From positions 1 through 63,932 of the forward strand of contig CAXXVK010000003.1 of the NCBI GenBank assembly GCA_963676915.2: a stretch of 63,932 nt of DNA, given 5' to 3'. The position numbers and the translations under genes were made by a program. Below the pieces are notes generated by a model, which was not told where the DNA came from, did not search any database, and saw only the letters and a program-made list of their open reading frames with translations. This document shows positions 20,776 to 30,359 of this stretch, piece after piece. Within the stretch, counting starts at the first letter, position 1, and the number at the start of each line of letters is the position of its first letter. Source of the stretch: Myxococcota bacterium (GTDB taxonomy: Bacteria > Myxococcota_A > SURF-8 > G963663525).

Positions 20776-21168
20776 CTATTCTTCGGCAATCAACGCTTCG
20801 TAGGCTTCTGCGTCCATCAAGTCGTCCAGTTCGTTTTCATCGACGTCCGTGAATTTCAGCAGCCAGCCGTCATCGAAAGGAGATTCGTTGATGTTTTTCA
20901 GGTTGGCATCGTCTTCGAGAAGATCTTCGTTGCGCTCTGCGATGGTCCCGGATACCGGGGCGTAAATATCGCTAACGGCTTTGGTCGATTCGATCACGCC
21001 GAGCGTGTCGCCAGCGCTCAACTCGTCGCCGCTTTCCGGCAGTTCCAGGTAGACGATCTCGCCGAGCTGCTCTTGCGCATGGTCGGTGATACCCATCAGG
21101 TAGCCGTCATCGGTCTTTTTGAGCCACTCGTGGTTTTTCGTATACAGGTAATCGGTCGGAACCTTCAT
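20776..21168 (-). CDS. gcvH: Glycine cleavage H protein (lipoyl carrier)
   Basis: ATG 21168 after GGAGG; YTKNHEW, GITDHAQEQLGEIVY, IESTKAVSD lipoyl-Lys motif. Confidence 0.95.
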   Translation of the reverse strand: MKVPTDYLYTKNHEWLKKTDDGYLMGITDHAQEQLGEIVYLELPESGDELSAGDTLGVIESTKAVSDIYAPVSGTIAERNEDLLEDDANLKNINESPFDDGWLLKFTDVDENELDDLMDAEAYEALIAEE

Positions 21169-21253
21169 GGAAATCCTCCGGATAAAAAAACCTTGTCGAT
21201 CCTCGAAACGTCCGGGCAGATCATAACCCAAGCGTTGAGGCGGTCAAGGTTTT

Positions 21254-21628
21254 TCAGCGAGGCTTGGACAGCAATTTGGCGACCGTCGCTTTAAGCTCGG
21301 TCATGTCGGCGGACTTGACGATGTAGGCATCGGCGGCCCAACTCATGTAGTTCTCTTTGTAGTGGGTGTACGCAGAGTTGATAATCACGGGTAAGCGATT
21401 GTTTTGACTCAATATTTCGTGCATGGCATCCACGCCGTCCATACCGGGCATCCGAATGTCCATGATGGCGAGATCCGGCTCTTCGCTCTGTACGAGTTTG
21501 ATGGCTTCCGGTCCCGTCGAAGCCAGAACGACTTCGTAGCCTTCGCTCTGGAACACTTCTTTATACAACTCCCGAATGTTCGGTTCGTCGTCTACGATCA
21601 GCAGTTTTTTCGGTTCAGGCATCTTCAT
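21254..21628 (-). CDS. Single-domain response regulator (receiver only)
   Basis: LIVDDE, MDIRMPGMDG, VKS; overlaps the kinase stop. Confidence 0.93.
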   Translation of the reverse strand: MKMPEPKKLLIVDDEPNIRELYKEVFQSEGYEVVLASTGPEAIKLVQSEEPDLAIMDIRMPGMDGVDAMHEILSQNNRLPVIINSAYTHYKENYMSWAADAYIVKSADMTELKATVAKLLSKPR

Positions 21629-23816
21629 CCTCCTTCACCTTCGGTTTTAAAGGCAAAAGCACTTCGAAGCAAGTGCCTTTACCCGGTTTGCTCGTGGCGG
21701 TGATTTTTCCGCCATGGTCGTCGATAATCTGTTTCGAAATGTGCAACCCCAGGCCGGTGCCTTCCGATTTCGTCGTGAAAAACGGATCCCATAGTTGTTG
21801 CAAATGCTCCCGGTCGATTCCTACACCCGTATCCTTGACCGTAATGGCAATCGCCTTGCCGTTGTCTTTCAGCTTGGAGGCCAGCACGACACGTCCACCC
21901 GGCCCCGTCGCATCGATGGCGTTTTTCATCAGGTTGATCACCACCTGCTCGATCTGGTCTTTCTGGATGATGATCGACGGAAGCGGGTCTTGCAGATGCA
22001 CGGCCATTTCGATGTCGTTGTTGACGGCCTGATTTTTCAACAGCGTGGCGATCCGGTGCAGAATCGGATTGAGTTTGGTGTTGACGAATTCCGGCTGAAT
22101 GGGTCGCGCCGTTCCCAGCACGTTTTCCAGAATCCCTTCCAGTCGCATGACTTCTTCGGCAATGATTCCCAAGCCTTTTCGGGTTTCTGGGTCCGTCGTT
22201 TCCTTGCCGATCAGCATTTGGGCAAAGCCGCCGATCGTCACCAGCGGGTTGCGGATTTCGTGGGCGACTTTGGCGGCCATTTCGCCCAATCCGGCCAAAC
22301 GCTTCTGGTCGGCAGCCTTTTTCTTCTGCTCGTCGAGTTGACTCCAGGCTTCCTGCAAATCGGCGACTTTCCCTTGCAGGTCGTCTTTGAGCGACAGGTT
22401 GGCCATGGCCGATGAAGCCCGTTCGGCAAACCCGGCCAGGAAAGTGACATCCTCGTCGGTAATCGGCTGCCGGGTCGTGAGGTTGTCGGCGACAATCACC
22501 CCCAGCTTTTCATCGTGCCAGACCAGGGGAACCGCAACGAATTGATCGGTCCACAACTGGTTGGCCAATTGCGACGCCAAAGGTTCATTCGTATCCCTGC
22601 GATTATAGAGAAACGGAGTGCGGCGATCGAGGCATTGAATCAGGGGATGATCCGCCTGATCCAAAGGAATGCGCAACTGACGGACGATCTGGCTTACCAG
22701 AACGTCCCGGTCGTCTTTTTGCTGGGAGCGTTCGATGATGATTTGTTGCAGCGACCGGGAGCGATAGTACTGCTTGCGATGGCCATCCAGCAGTTCGGCG
22801 GCGTTGGCCGGTCCCACCGCCGTATTACCCGCCAGCACCTTTTGACCTTTGTTGACGATGAACAGAAACGCACGGCTGAAACGCAATCCTTCTCCCGCCG
22901 TGACCGCTACCAGTACGGCGTCGAAAATCTCCTCTTTGGTTTTGGCCATACGAACCACGGCATTGATGCCGTCGAGTTTCGTGAGGTGGTCGATTTTCTC
23001 GGAAAGCGAATCCTCCAGGCGCGCCACATGGGTGAAATCACGCACGATCATCGAGGTGCCGGTACTTTCTCCCTCAGCAGTGCGAATCGCCGTCAGGGTA
23101 ATGGCCACGTTCAGTCGGCGACCTTCTTTGGACACCATGGTGATGCGTTCGTTGCGAACATTGCCTTTTTCGTTCACTTCGGTCTGAATTTTGGCGAATT
23201 TGTCCTGGGTATCGCTATCGAGTGCAAACAGGTTGGTGACCGGCTTTTTCTGCACCTCTTCGGCTGTGTAGCCGAACATCTCGTGTGCGCCTTTGTTCCA
23301 ACTCTGAATCAACAGCATGTCGTCGGTGGTCAACACAGCGTCTGCGGTGTAATCCATCAACGTTTGGGTGATTTCGTAGTTTCTTTCCTGCTTGATTTTC
23401 TTCCGGCGCTCGGTGACATCCTGTACCAGCCGCACCCAAGTTTTAACCTCTTCGCCATCATGCAAAGGAACGGAAGTTACCTCGAAATACCGCTTCGCGG
23501 CACCCGTACCGGTATGGACGCAGGTTCGTTCGAACTTGCCATCCTTGATGCCGGTATGAAACGGGCAATCCATGCACAGCGACGGAGAACCTTCCTCCGT
23601 ACGCTGGTAACATTGCCCTTCTTTGTCGTGGGGATCGCAGTATCCCAGGTTTTTGAGCGAGTCGCTGCGCCAGATCATGTTGCCTTCGGGGTCGAAGGCC
23701 AACACGCCCACGTTGAATTCCGCAAGGACGGAATCCACTTGTTTCAGATGATCCAACATCGAAACGTGCAGATGTTTATCCGCGTTCGGCGAGAATGTCT
23801 TCATAAAGTCCAGCAT
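21615..23816 (-). CDS. Cytoplasmic PAS-PAS-GAF sensor histidine kinase (NtrB-like)
   Basis: WNKGAHEMFGY PAS; GAF (AVTAGEGLRFSRAFLF...GVIVADN); H-box VAHEIRNPL; NLMKNA, DTGVGI, FFTTK, GTGLGL. Confidence 0.95.
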   Translation of the reverse strand: MLDFMKTFSPNADKHLHVSMLDHLKQVDSVLAEFNVGVLAFDPEGNMIWRSDSLKNLGYCDPHDKEGQCYQRTEEGSPSLCMDCPFHTGIKDGKFERTCVHTGTGAAKRYFEVTSVPLHDGEEVKTWVRLVQDVTERRKKIKQERNYEITQTLMDYTADAVLTTDDMLLIQSWNKGAHEMFGYTAEEVQKKPVTNLFALDSDTQDKFAKIQTEVNEKGNVRNERITMVSKEGRRLNVAITLTAIRTAEGESTGTSMIVRDFTHVARLEDSLSEKIDHLTKLDGINAVVRMAKTKEEIFDAVLVAVTAGEGLRFSRAFLFIVNKGQKVLAGNTAVGPANAAELLDGHRKQYYRSRSLQQIIIERSQQKDDRDVLVSQIVRQLRIPLDQADHPLIQCLDRRTPFLYNRRDTNEPLASQLANQLWTDQFVAVPLVWHDEKLGVIVADNLTTRQPITDEDVTFLAGFAERASSAMANLSLKDDLQGKVADLQEAWSQLDEQKKKAADQKRLAGLGEMAAKVAHEIRNPLVTIGGFAQMLIGKETTDPETRKGLGIIAEEVMRLEGILENVLGTARPIQPEFVNTKLNPILHRIATLLKNQAVNNDIEMAVHLQDPLPSIIIQKDQIEQVVINLMKNAIDATGPGGRVVLASKLKDNGKAIAITVKDTGVGIDREHLQQLWDPFFTTKSEGTGLGLHISKQIIDDHGGKITATSKPGKGTCFEVLLPLKPKVKEDEDA

Positions 23817-25263
23817 AGCTTTCGGCGCTTTTATCCCAGGAAAAATCCTGTTTCATCGCCCGGCACACCACTTTGTGCCAGGCTCGTTGGTTTTCATACA
23901 GTTTCAGGGCACGAAACAGGGCTTCGAGCAGGTCGTCTCCCTGTTCTCCACGAAAAAGGAACCCCCAGCCTTCACCGGCGAAATCCTCGGCTTCGTGAAT
24001 CGAATCCTTGTTCCCGCCCTCACTGCGAGCTACCGGAACGGTTCCGTACCGCATCGCTTTGAGCTGCGACAGACCGCACGGCTCGAAATGCGATGAGTTG
24101 AGCAATATATCCGATCCGGCAAGCACCTGGTGAACGACATCGGCTTCGGAACTGAACACCACGGCGAACCGTCCGGCGTGCTTTCGCTGCAACTCGGCCA
24201 GTTCGTTTTCGATGCGCCATTGTCCCGTTCCAACCATCAGCAGTGTCAAGTCGTTGACCAGGATACGATCGATCAGGCTGAGGATCAACCCCGCGCCGCC
24301 ATGACTTTCCAGGGCACCCACGTAGGACACCAGCGGTCTGTGAAGAAGATCCGTATTCAGACCGTTTTCTTCGAACAATTGCTGTTTGGCGATCTGTTTG
24401 CCTTTTAAGTTTTTTGCACTAAACGCCGCCGGAATTCTTGGGTTGGTGCGCGGGTTCCATTCTTCGGTATCGACGCCGTTGGGAATACCGCTCAGATGGT
24501 CACCCAGCGATTGGAACAATCCTTCCAGTCCCAGACCGAATTCCTTGCTTTCCCGAATAGACCGCGCATATTCCACCGATACGGCGTTTACCCGGTCCGC
24601 CAGCGCTGCACCAGCTTTCAAAGGATTGAAATTACCGAAGAACTCCAGAATTCCACCCGGCGAGGCGTACCGGCGATCCAGATCGAGACGCCGCGCCCAG
24701 TCCAACGCACACAAGCCCTGGTGGGCGGCATGATGAACGGTCAGGAGTATCCCCGGCTTGTTTTTCGGACCGGACGCCCTCGCCCGCAACAACGCCGCCA
24801 GCCAGGCGGATTGGTGCCCGTTGAGATGCAGTAGTTGAGGTTTTACAACGCCACGATCCATCAGGAATTCCGCCGCTCGGCACAGCAGTACCGAACGCTG
24901 TACTTCGTCCTCGTGGGGTTCGCGGCTGTTCGGTTGTTCGTAAATACCCGGTTTTCCATACAGTTCGTCGCATTCGACGAAAATGGCCCGAACCGGCGTT
25001 CCCTTAAGTGCGGTTCGATAAAAACGCACGGGGTAGCTGTGTCCCGCTACATCGATATCGCAGGTTCCCAACCCGGCCATACGGCAAAGATGGTACTTTT
25101 CGCGATCGATGCTGCCATAGAGGGGAAGCAACACACGAAGGGTGAATTTCCCCGACAAAGCCGTCGACAGTCCCTTCGAAAAATCTGCCAGTTCCCCCAC
25201 AACAGCGAACGGCGCAAGCTCCGTGGTTACAAACAGCACTTCGGGTTTGGATCGTGCACTCAT
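23776..25263 (-). CDS. glgA: Glycogen/starch synthase-like GT5 protein with degenerate donor-binding motifs
   Basis: Overall GlgA layout (ELAPFA, AVSVEYA, GIPNGVD, FEPCGLSQL, DFSW), but KTGGL is VVGEL and SRLxxQKG is GALESHGG. Confidence 0.8.
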   Translation of the reverse strand: MSARSKPEVLFVTTELAPFAVVGELADFSKGLSTALSGKFTLRVLLPLYGSIDREKYHLCRMAGLGTCDIDVAGHSYPVRFYRTALKGTPVRAIFVECDELYGKPGIYEQPNSREPHEDEVQRSVLLCRAAEFLMDRGVVKPQLLHLNGHQSAWLAALLRARASGPKNKPGILLTVHHAAHQGLCALDWARRLDLDRRYASPGGILEFFGNFNPLKAGAALADRVNAVSVEYARSIRESKEFGLGLEGLFQSLGDHLSGIPNGVDTEEWNPRTNPRIPAAFSAKNLKGKQIAKQQLFEENGLNTDLLHRPLVSYVGALESHGGAGLILSLIDRILVNDLTLLMVGTGQWRIENELAELQRKHAGRFAVVFSSEADVVHQVLAGSDILLNSSHFEPCGLSQLKAMRYGTVPVARSEGGNKDSIHEAEDFAGEGWGFLFRGEQGDDLLEALFRALKLYENQRAWHKVVCRAMKQDFSWDKSAESYAGLYEDILAERG

Positions 25264-25511
25264 GCTTCTTTCCGGGTGTCGTTGGAGCCTTTGCAAAAAC
25301 GAACATCGGCGGCAACGACGAAACGAATCCTTCGAAACGAACGGCGGGTAGCCCTTCAGGTCAAACGTAGTCACGTAGGGAACCTTTCCCCATGATCAGT
25401 ATACGCTTTTCAAATTTGAATTTCTAGTGGTTTGTCCCGGAGGGGACAATGTTAACAAACTCTTAGCCGGTTTTCCAAATTCACCATGAAAAATGAAGCA
25501 AATTTCGGACA

Positions 25512-25994
25512 TTATTTGAAACGGTCGTCGGATTTGGCCCCTGGTTTGGGAGCGGAGTCCAACCAACCGGCTTTCGCCTGCGGGTAGGCGTCGAATTCAG
25601 GAACGTAAGGTTTGAGATCCAACAACGGAGTGCCGTCCAAAACGTCGATGTCGGACACATGGAGCGTCGCGTTTTCGATCCGAACCAGTTTCACACAGGA
25701 CATGCCGATACCATTGGGACGTTTCGGGGCGCGAGTGGCGAACAATCCCCGTTCGACCGTATCCCTAAACGGTGTCACGTGAGGTGTCCAGCCCTCGGCC
25801 CTGTCGAAAACGTACATCAGCCAGATGCGCTCGAAGCCATCGAGGTCCGCCAGGGCTTCGGCGTATTCGGGAAATACTTCGATAGTACCTTCGCTTCCAT
25901 CGGCGTAACGAGGCTGAATAGGCGTTCCTTGCAGATTTTTGTAAGGCGACCGAACGATGCCGATCGGTTGAAAGGAAAAAACGGGTTTGTTCAT
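25512..25994 (-). CDS. trmO: tRNA (N6-threonylcarbamoyladenosine37-N6)-methyltransferase TrmO/TsaA
   Basis: PIGIVRSPY, GLFATRAPKRPNGIGMS, DVLDGTPLLDLKPY. Confidence 0.93.
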   Translation of the reverse strand: MNKPVFSFQPIGIVRSPYKNLQGTPIQPRYADGSEGTIEVFPEYAEALADLDGFERIWLMYVFDRAEGWTPHVTPFRDTVERGLFATRAPKRPNGIGMSCVKLVRIENATLHVSDIDVLDGTPLLDLKPYVPEFDAYPQAKAGWLDSAPKPGAKSDDRFK

Positions 25995-26076
25995 GGTTTT
26001 TCGCTTTTTATGGAGGTTGTCTCTAGCAGTGTCGTCAGATGCTTGATTTCACCCGGTCGATCGTCTGGAGTCTCGT

Positions 26077-27090
26077 CTACGACCGTCCCGAGGCGGTTTC
26101 CCGTGACAGGAGATTTTCCAACCCCAGATCGCCTCGTACGTTGAACTCCAGCGTTTCGCGCAGGCTCTGAAGTTCTTCCACCTTTTGGGCAGCTCTGGCG
26201 GCTCCAATCCGTTGCGCTTCTTCCCGCAGGCGACCGATGAGGTCGCGGTTGATCACCAACCGTTCGTCTGCACCCAACGCCAGCAGGAAAACGTCACGGT
26301 ACCAGGATTGCAACAGGTCGATCCGCCAGGATGTTTCTACCTTGCCACGGGCGTCACGAACCTCCGCCTCGAAAGCTTCAACCGCGCCTCGCGAACCTTT
26401 CACCCACGCTTCCAACCAGGCGTCGCGGCCTTCGATCCACGGACCTTGAGCCAACTCTACGGCACGGGCAATGCCTCCGCTGGAGAGTGCCGCCGCAATA
26501 CGCGCCTTGGCGGGATCGATGCCCTTTTCCTCGACAAGATGCCGCTCGATGATTTCCAAAGAAACCGGATCGAAAGGCACCACCCTAACCCGGCTGTGAA
26601 TGGTGTCCAGCAGTTGATGCGGACGAGAGGTGAGCAGCACGAAAACCGTGCGCAATCCTTCGGCGGGTTCTTCCAGGGTTTTGAGTAAGGTATTCTGGCT
26701 GTCCAGGTTCAGTCGGTCGGCCTCGTGAATCAACACCACGCGATGGCGTGCTTCCAACGGGGCATGTGCGAAAGAGCCGATGAACGCCCGAATCTGCGCC
26801 ACGCGGATCGGTCCGCCTTCCTTTTCCGCACGCAAATGCACGAGATCCGGGTGCAGCACGTTCTCGGGATCTTCGCTGCGGGCGATTTTCGTACAGGCAA
26901 GGCAGAGACCGCAGGGGTCGTCGGGACTTTCCAGGCAATTGAGCGCCTGCGCCAGCACGATCGCCGCACGAAGCTTTCCCGCACCGGTAGGTCCGCTGAA
27001 CAGGTAAGCATGAGAACCACGCCCGTTTTTCAGGGTCCGGCGAAGGATTTCGACCACGCGGGGTTGGTGAGGAATGCGGTCCCAACTCAT
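26077..27090 (-). CDS. holB: DNA polymerase III subunit delta'
   Basis: [13 protein letters not shown], zinc cluster C...[25 protein letters not shown]. Confidence 0.93.
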   Translation of the reverse strand: MSWDRIPHQPRVVEILRRTLKNGRGSHAYLFSGPTGAGKLRAAIVLAQALNCLESPDDPCGLCLACTKIARSEDPENVLHPDLVHLRAEKEGGPIRVAQIRAFIGSFAHAPLEARHRVVLIHEADRLNLDSQNTLLKTLEEPAEGLRTVFVLLTSRPHQLLDTIHSRVRVVPFDPVSLEIIERHLVEEKGIDPAKARIAAALSSGGIARAVELAQGPWIEGRDAWLEAWVKGSRGAVEAFEAEVRDARGKVETSWRIDLLQSWYRDVFLLALGADERLVINRDLIGRLREEAQRIGAARAAQKVEELQSLRETLEFNVRGDLGLENLLSRETASGRS

Positions 27091-28427
27091 GGCCTGCGTT
27101 TGCTCCGGGCGACGGGTTTTTTATGAGGAAAAGCAATCACTTCGTCTACGCTCTGCGCACCGAGCAACAGCATGATCAACCGATCCAGTCCCAGCGCGAT
27201 TCCCGCTGCTGGAGGCATCCCGTATTTCATTGCGTCGATCAAGCCCCGGTCCTCGGGATACGGCTCGCCGTATTCTTCCAACCGTCTTTTCTGGTATTCC
27301 CGGTAGCGTCGTTGTTGCTCGGCCACGCCGGTCAGCTCGCTGTACGCATTGGCCAGCTCAACACCGGAAATGTAGACTTCAAATCGTTCGCAATATCTCG
27401 GAGCACCGCTCTTGCGCCTGGAAAGCGCCGCCAGTTCCACGGGATAATCGTACAGAATGATCGGTCGTTCCACCCCGAGATCGAATTCCAACTCGTTGAT
27501 GAACAACCGGAAGAAGCTATCCTCGAACGGTTCGCCGTCCTTGAGGTAATCGTATCCATGCGCACGAGCCTGGGCGCGCAGGTCGTCCGCCGTCCGAGCC
27601 GAATCGAGATCGATTTGAAGCTTCGTGGCGAACAGTTCGGCGACGCTCATCCTCGGCCAAGGCGGCTCCAGGCGACAACGGCGACCCTGGTCCTCCACCT
27701 CGAACACGTTGAGCGACTGGGCGGTTTCCCAGACCATCGCTTCGACATCCTGCATGATGGTCTGGTAATCTTCATAAGCCCGATACCATTCGAGCATGAC
27801 GAATTCCGGCTGGTGCAGCCGGGAAAGCTCGCCGTTACGAAACGCACGGGCGAGTTGGAAAATCTTCTCGTATCCCAGCACAAGCGCCCGTTTCATGTGG
27901 AATTCCGGGCTGGTAGGGAGATAAAAGTTCTGATTGAAGCTGTCGCCCGGACCTTCCCAGCGGGTGGGAAATGCGTGCAAGTGGGTTTCGCATCCGGGAG
28001 ATGGCACGAGCACGGGAGTTTCCAGTTCGAGGAAACCCTGCCCGTAAAACCACGAACGCACCGCTTGGTTGATCCGCTGCCGTGCCCACAACACCCGTCG
28101 CCAGCGGTCGCCCTGCGCTTCGAAGCGCTTGCGCCACAATTCGCGCCGTTCGCCTTCGACCTGACTGGGAGTGAGCACCATCACCTGGGTGATCCGCCAT
28201 TGGCCGTCCTGGGCCACGAGCATCATTTCCACAATGTCGTCTTCGCGAAGCGTGTGAAGGTTCTCGGGTGGATCATCGGCGAAACCGAACGAACGCCTGC
28301 CGGTTTCGTCGTCCAGCGCGAGGCTAGCCATACCGTGCTTCAACAGGCGTCCCTGTACCAGTTCCATACCGTTTTCAGGGGCATCCACAGACAGCTGCCC
28401 CAAAGGAGTTCGCGAGAGAAAATCCAT
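27087..28427 (-). CDS. epmA: EF-P lysine aminoacylase EpmA/GenX with N-terminal extension
   Basis: [54 protein letters not shown]. Confidence 0.9.
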   Translation of the reverse strand: MDFLSRTPLGQLSVDAPENGMELVQGRLLKHGMASLALDDETGRRSFGFADDPPENLHTLREDDIVEMMLVAQDGQWRITQVMVLTPSQVEGERRELWRKRFEAQGDRWRRVLWARQRINQAVRSWFYGQGFLELETPVLVPSPGCETHLHAFPTRWEGPGDSFNQNFYLPTSPEFHMKRALVLGYEKIFQLARAFRNGELSRLHQPEFVMLEWYRAYEDYQTIMQDVEAMVWETAQSLNVFEVEDQGRRCRLEPPWPRMSVAELFATKLQIDLDSARTADDLRAQARAHGYDYLKDGEPFEDSFFRLFINELEFDLGVERPIILYDYPVELAALSRRKSGAPRYCERFEVYISGVELANAYSELTGVAEQQRRYREYQKRRLEEYGEPYPEDRGLIDAMKYGMPPAAGIALGLDRLIMLLLGAQSVDEVIAFPHKKPVARSKRRP

Positions 28428-28431
28428 CGTA

Positions 28432-30318
28432 TCAGTTACCTTTTTTCCGGTTCCACAAAGCGTCCCACTCGATTCGATAGGTATCCTTCAAGGCATGAAA
28501 CGCCATGACGGGAACCACGGTAGAACGCAGGAACGTATGATTAGCCACGAGATCATCGCGGAATGAACCCTTATATAATCGCCAGTTTTTCAAATAAAAT
28601 CCACTTTGTTCCGTAATTTGTTGTTGAAGGAGCCAATCTGTGGCTTCCTGCACGGCGATTTCCCACTTCGGCAAGCGTTCGGCATCACCCACCAACACAG
28701 GATACGCCATCGCCAACCCCCACAAAAACATTCCGGTATCGAACGTTTCGGGCGACTGGTTTTCATCGTACCGCACCGCACCCACGAGGTCACGAGTTTC
28801 GGCGTTTTCTTTGGAAATCCGGTAGGTTAATGCTTTGTCGAAGTTGTTTTTCACAAGTTGGATAAGTTCGATATCCTCGCTATTCAAACGTAACAGCGTG
28901 GCAGACATCACAAGCGCATAGGGATGTTCTGCCGGACATTGACCGGCGGCTTTTTTCAACAACGCCATTTTTTGAGGACGGAAATTTTTTCCCAGCAGCA
29001 ACGCAGCCGACCAGGTGGCTTCGCACTGATATTTCGGATCGAGCGTCCATTGGCCGTCCGATGAAAAGCGGCTTTCCATGGCGTCGAAGAGTTTTTCGGC
29101 AAGATTTCGGGTATTGGCCACGACGCCGGAAAGTCCCAGCAGACGAGACAGGGCAAACAGCAACGGTTCGTCGAGTTTCTTTTCGGACAGCAAACGAGTC
29201 AACGCTTCGTTGACCAAGCGGCTTTCGCTACGTTTTTTACCTGCTTTGTCGTCTTTCGGCACGAAGTAATCCAACCAGGCGCGCCAACCTTTGGTAGACC
29301 ATTCGGCCACGCCCAGGTTGCGCAGCACTTCGCCCCCTTGTCCGAGCATCGCCGCCGCGTCCAGATGCGCCGCCCAGTCGTAGGGACCGCCGAGAGGCTT
29401 TTGGTCGTCTCCAACGCCCATCAGGTAGCGTTCTTTTTCCACATCCCAGTGACCGGTGACCCAGCGCCGGGCCAGACCGAAACGGTGCTCGACGTCTTCG
29501 CTGCCCAATGCCTGTCGCACCGGTTTGTAGCGGTAGAGATCCACGACCTCGCCCTTCGGTTCGGCTTCCATAAATGCGATGGTATCGAAGCGATACACAC
29601 CCACATCGGGAGAGCGCCAGTCGCCTTTCGGAATACCCGCCTTTTTCGCCAAGCGTTGCAGCCAGGTATCGGTGGTACGTACTTTTTTGACAAACACATA
29701 CGGCAGGAAAAACGCACGTTTACGGGCTTTGCTTTCCATGTAGATGCCGTGAATCCCCGGCACCAGTTGCTTACCGATGGTTTCCGGGTTTTTCTCGCGA
29801 ATCAGGGTTTTAGGCCCAGGATACTCCAGAACCAATCGGAATTTATCGACATTTTCGGGCGTCGGGTTCTCGAAACGGCGATCCTTGGCGGTGTTGATCA
29901 CCGCTTGGATGGTGGCATCGACGATAGTGCTTTTTCGACTCGACACACAACCCAGCCATTTGCCGTCCAGATACAACGTGCCCCAGGCCGTGTTGACCTT
30001 TTTCGTCTTCAGGCTCTCCGGCACGTCCGCCGGTTGGAAAATCTTCTTTTCACGAACCCAGAGGTCAAGAGTCTGTCGAGCGATACCCATCAGGGCTTTT
30101 TTCTCTTCGTCCGACAGCGACACCTCGACTTCCCCGGCGATGCGCTCGGGAAAATCCACGGTAGGTGTTACCGTAGCCTTTTTCGCGGCAGGGGATGCTG
30201 CTTTTTTCGCCTCGGGAGTTGGAGACTCCGTTTTTTCGCAAGCCGTCAGAACGAGGCAAAGACCGGCGAACAGCAAAATTCGTCGAGCCATCGATACAGT
30301 GGAAATCATCTTGCTCAA
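28432..30318 (-). CDS. AMMECR1-domain lipoprotein with C-terminal alpha-helical domain
   Basis: Lipobox LTAC; WGTLY..WLGC, DRRF, GIHGI, FFLPYV, LAKKAG AMMECR1 pattern. Confidence 0.8.
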   Translation of the reverse strand: MSKMISTVSMARRILLFAGLCLVLTACEKTESPTPEAKKAASPAAKKATVTPTVDFPERIAGEVEVSLSDEEKKALMGIARQTLDLWVREKKIFQPADVPESLKTKKVNTAWGTLYLDGKWLGCVSSRKSTIVDATIQAVINTAKDRRFENPTPENVDKFRLVLEYPGPKTLIREKNPETIGKQLVPGIHGIYMESKARKRAFFLPYVFVKKVRTTDTWLQRLAKKAGIPKGDWRSPDVGVYRFDTIAFMEAEPKGEVVDLYRYKPVRQALGSEDVEHRFGLARRWVTGHWDVEKERYLMGVGDDQKPLGGPYDWAAHLDAAAMLGQGGEVLRNLGVAEWSTKGWRAWLDYFVPKDDKAGKKRSESRLVNEALTRLLSEKKLDEPLLFALSRLLGLSGVVANTRNLAEKLFDAMESRFSSDGQWTLDPKYQCEATWSAALLLGKNFRPQKMALLKKAAGQCPAEHPYALVMSATLLRLNSEDIELIQLVKNNFDKALTYRISKENAETRDLVGAVRYDENQSPETFDTGMFLWGLAMAYPVLVGDAERLPKWEIAVQEATDWLLQQQITEQSGFYLKNWRLYKGSFRDDLVANHTFLRSTVVPVMAFHALKDTYRIEWDALWNRKKGN

Positions 30319-30359
30319 TCCTTTTTGATCGAAAACAGCAGATATTTCGTTAGGTTACG

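Noticed and set aside
21169-21253. Glycine riboswitch upstream of gcvH
   Set aside because: The gap is only about 85 bp with no recognisable aptamer.
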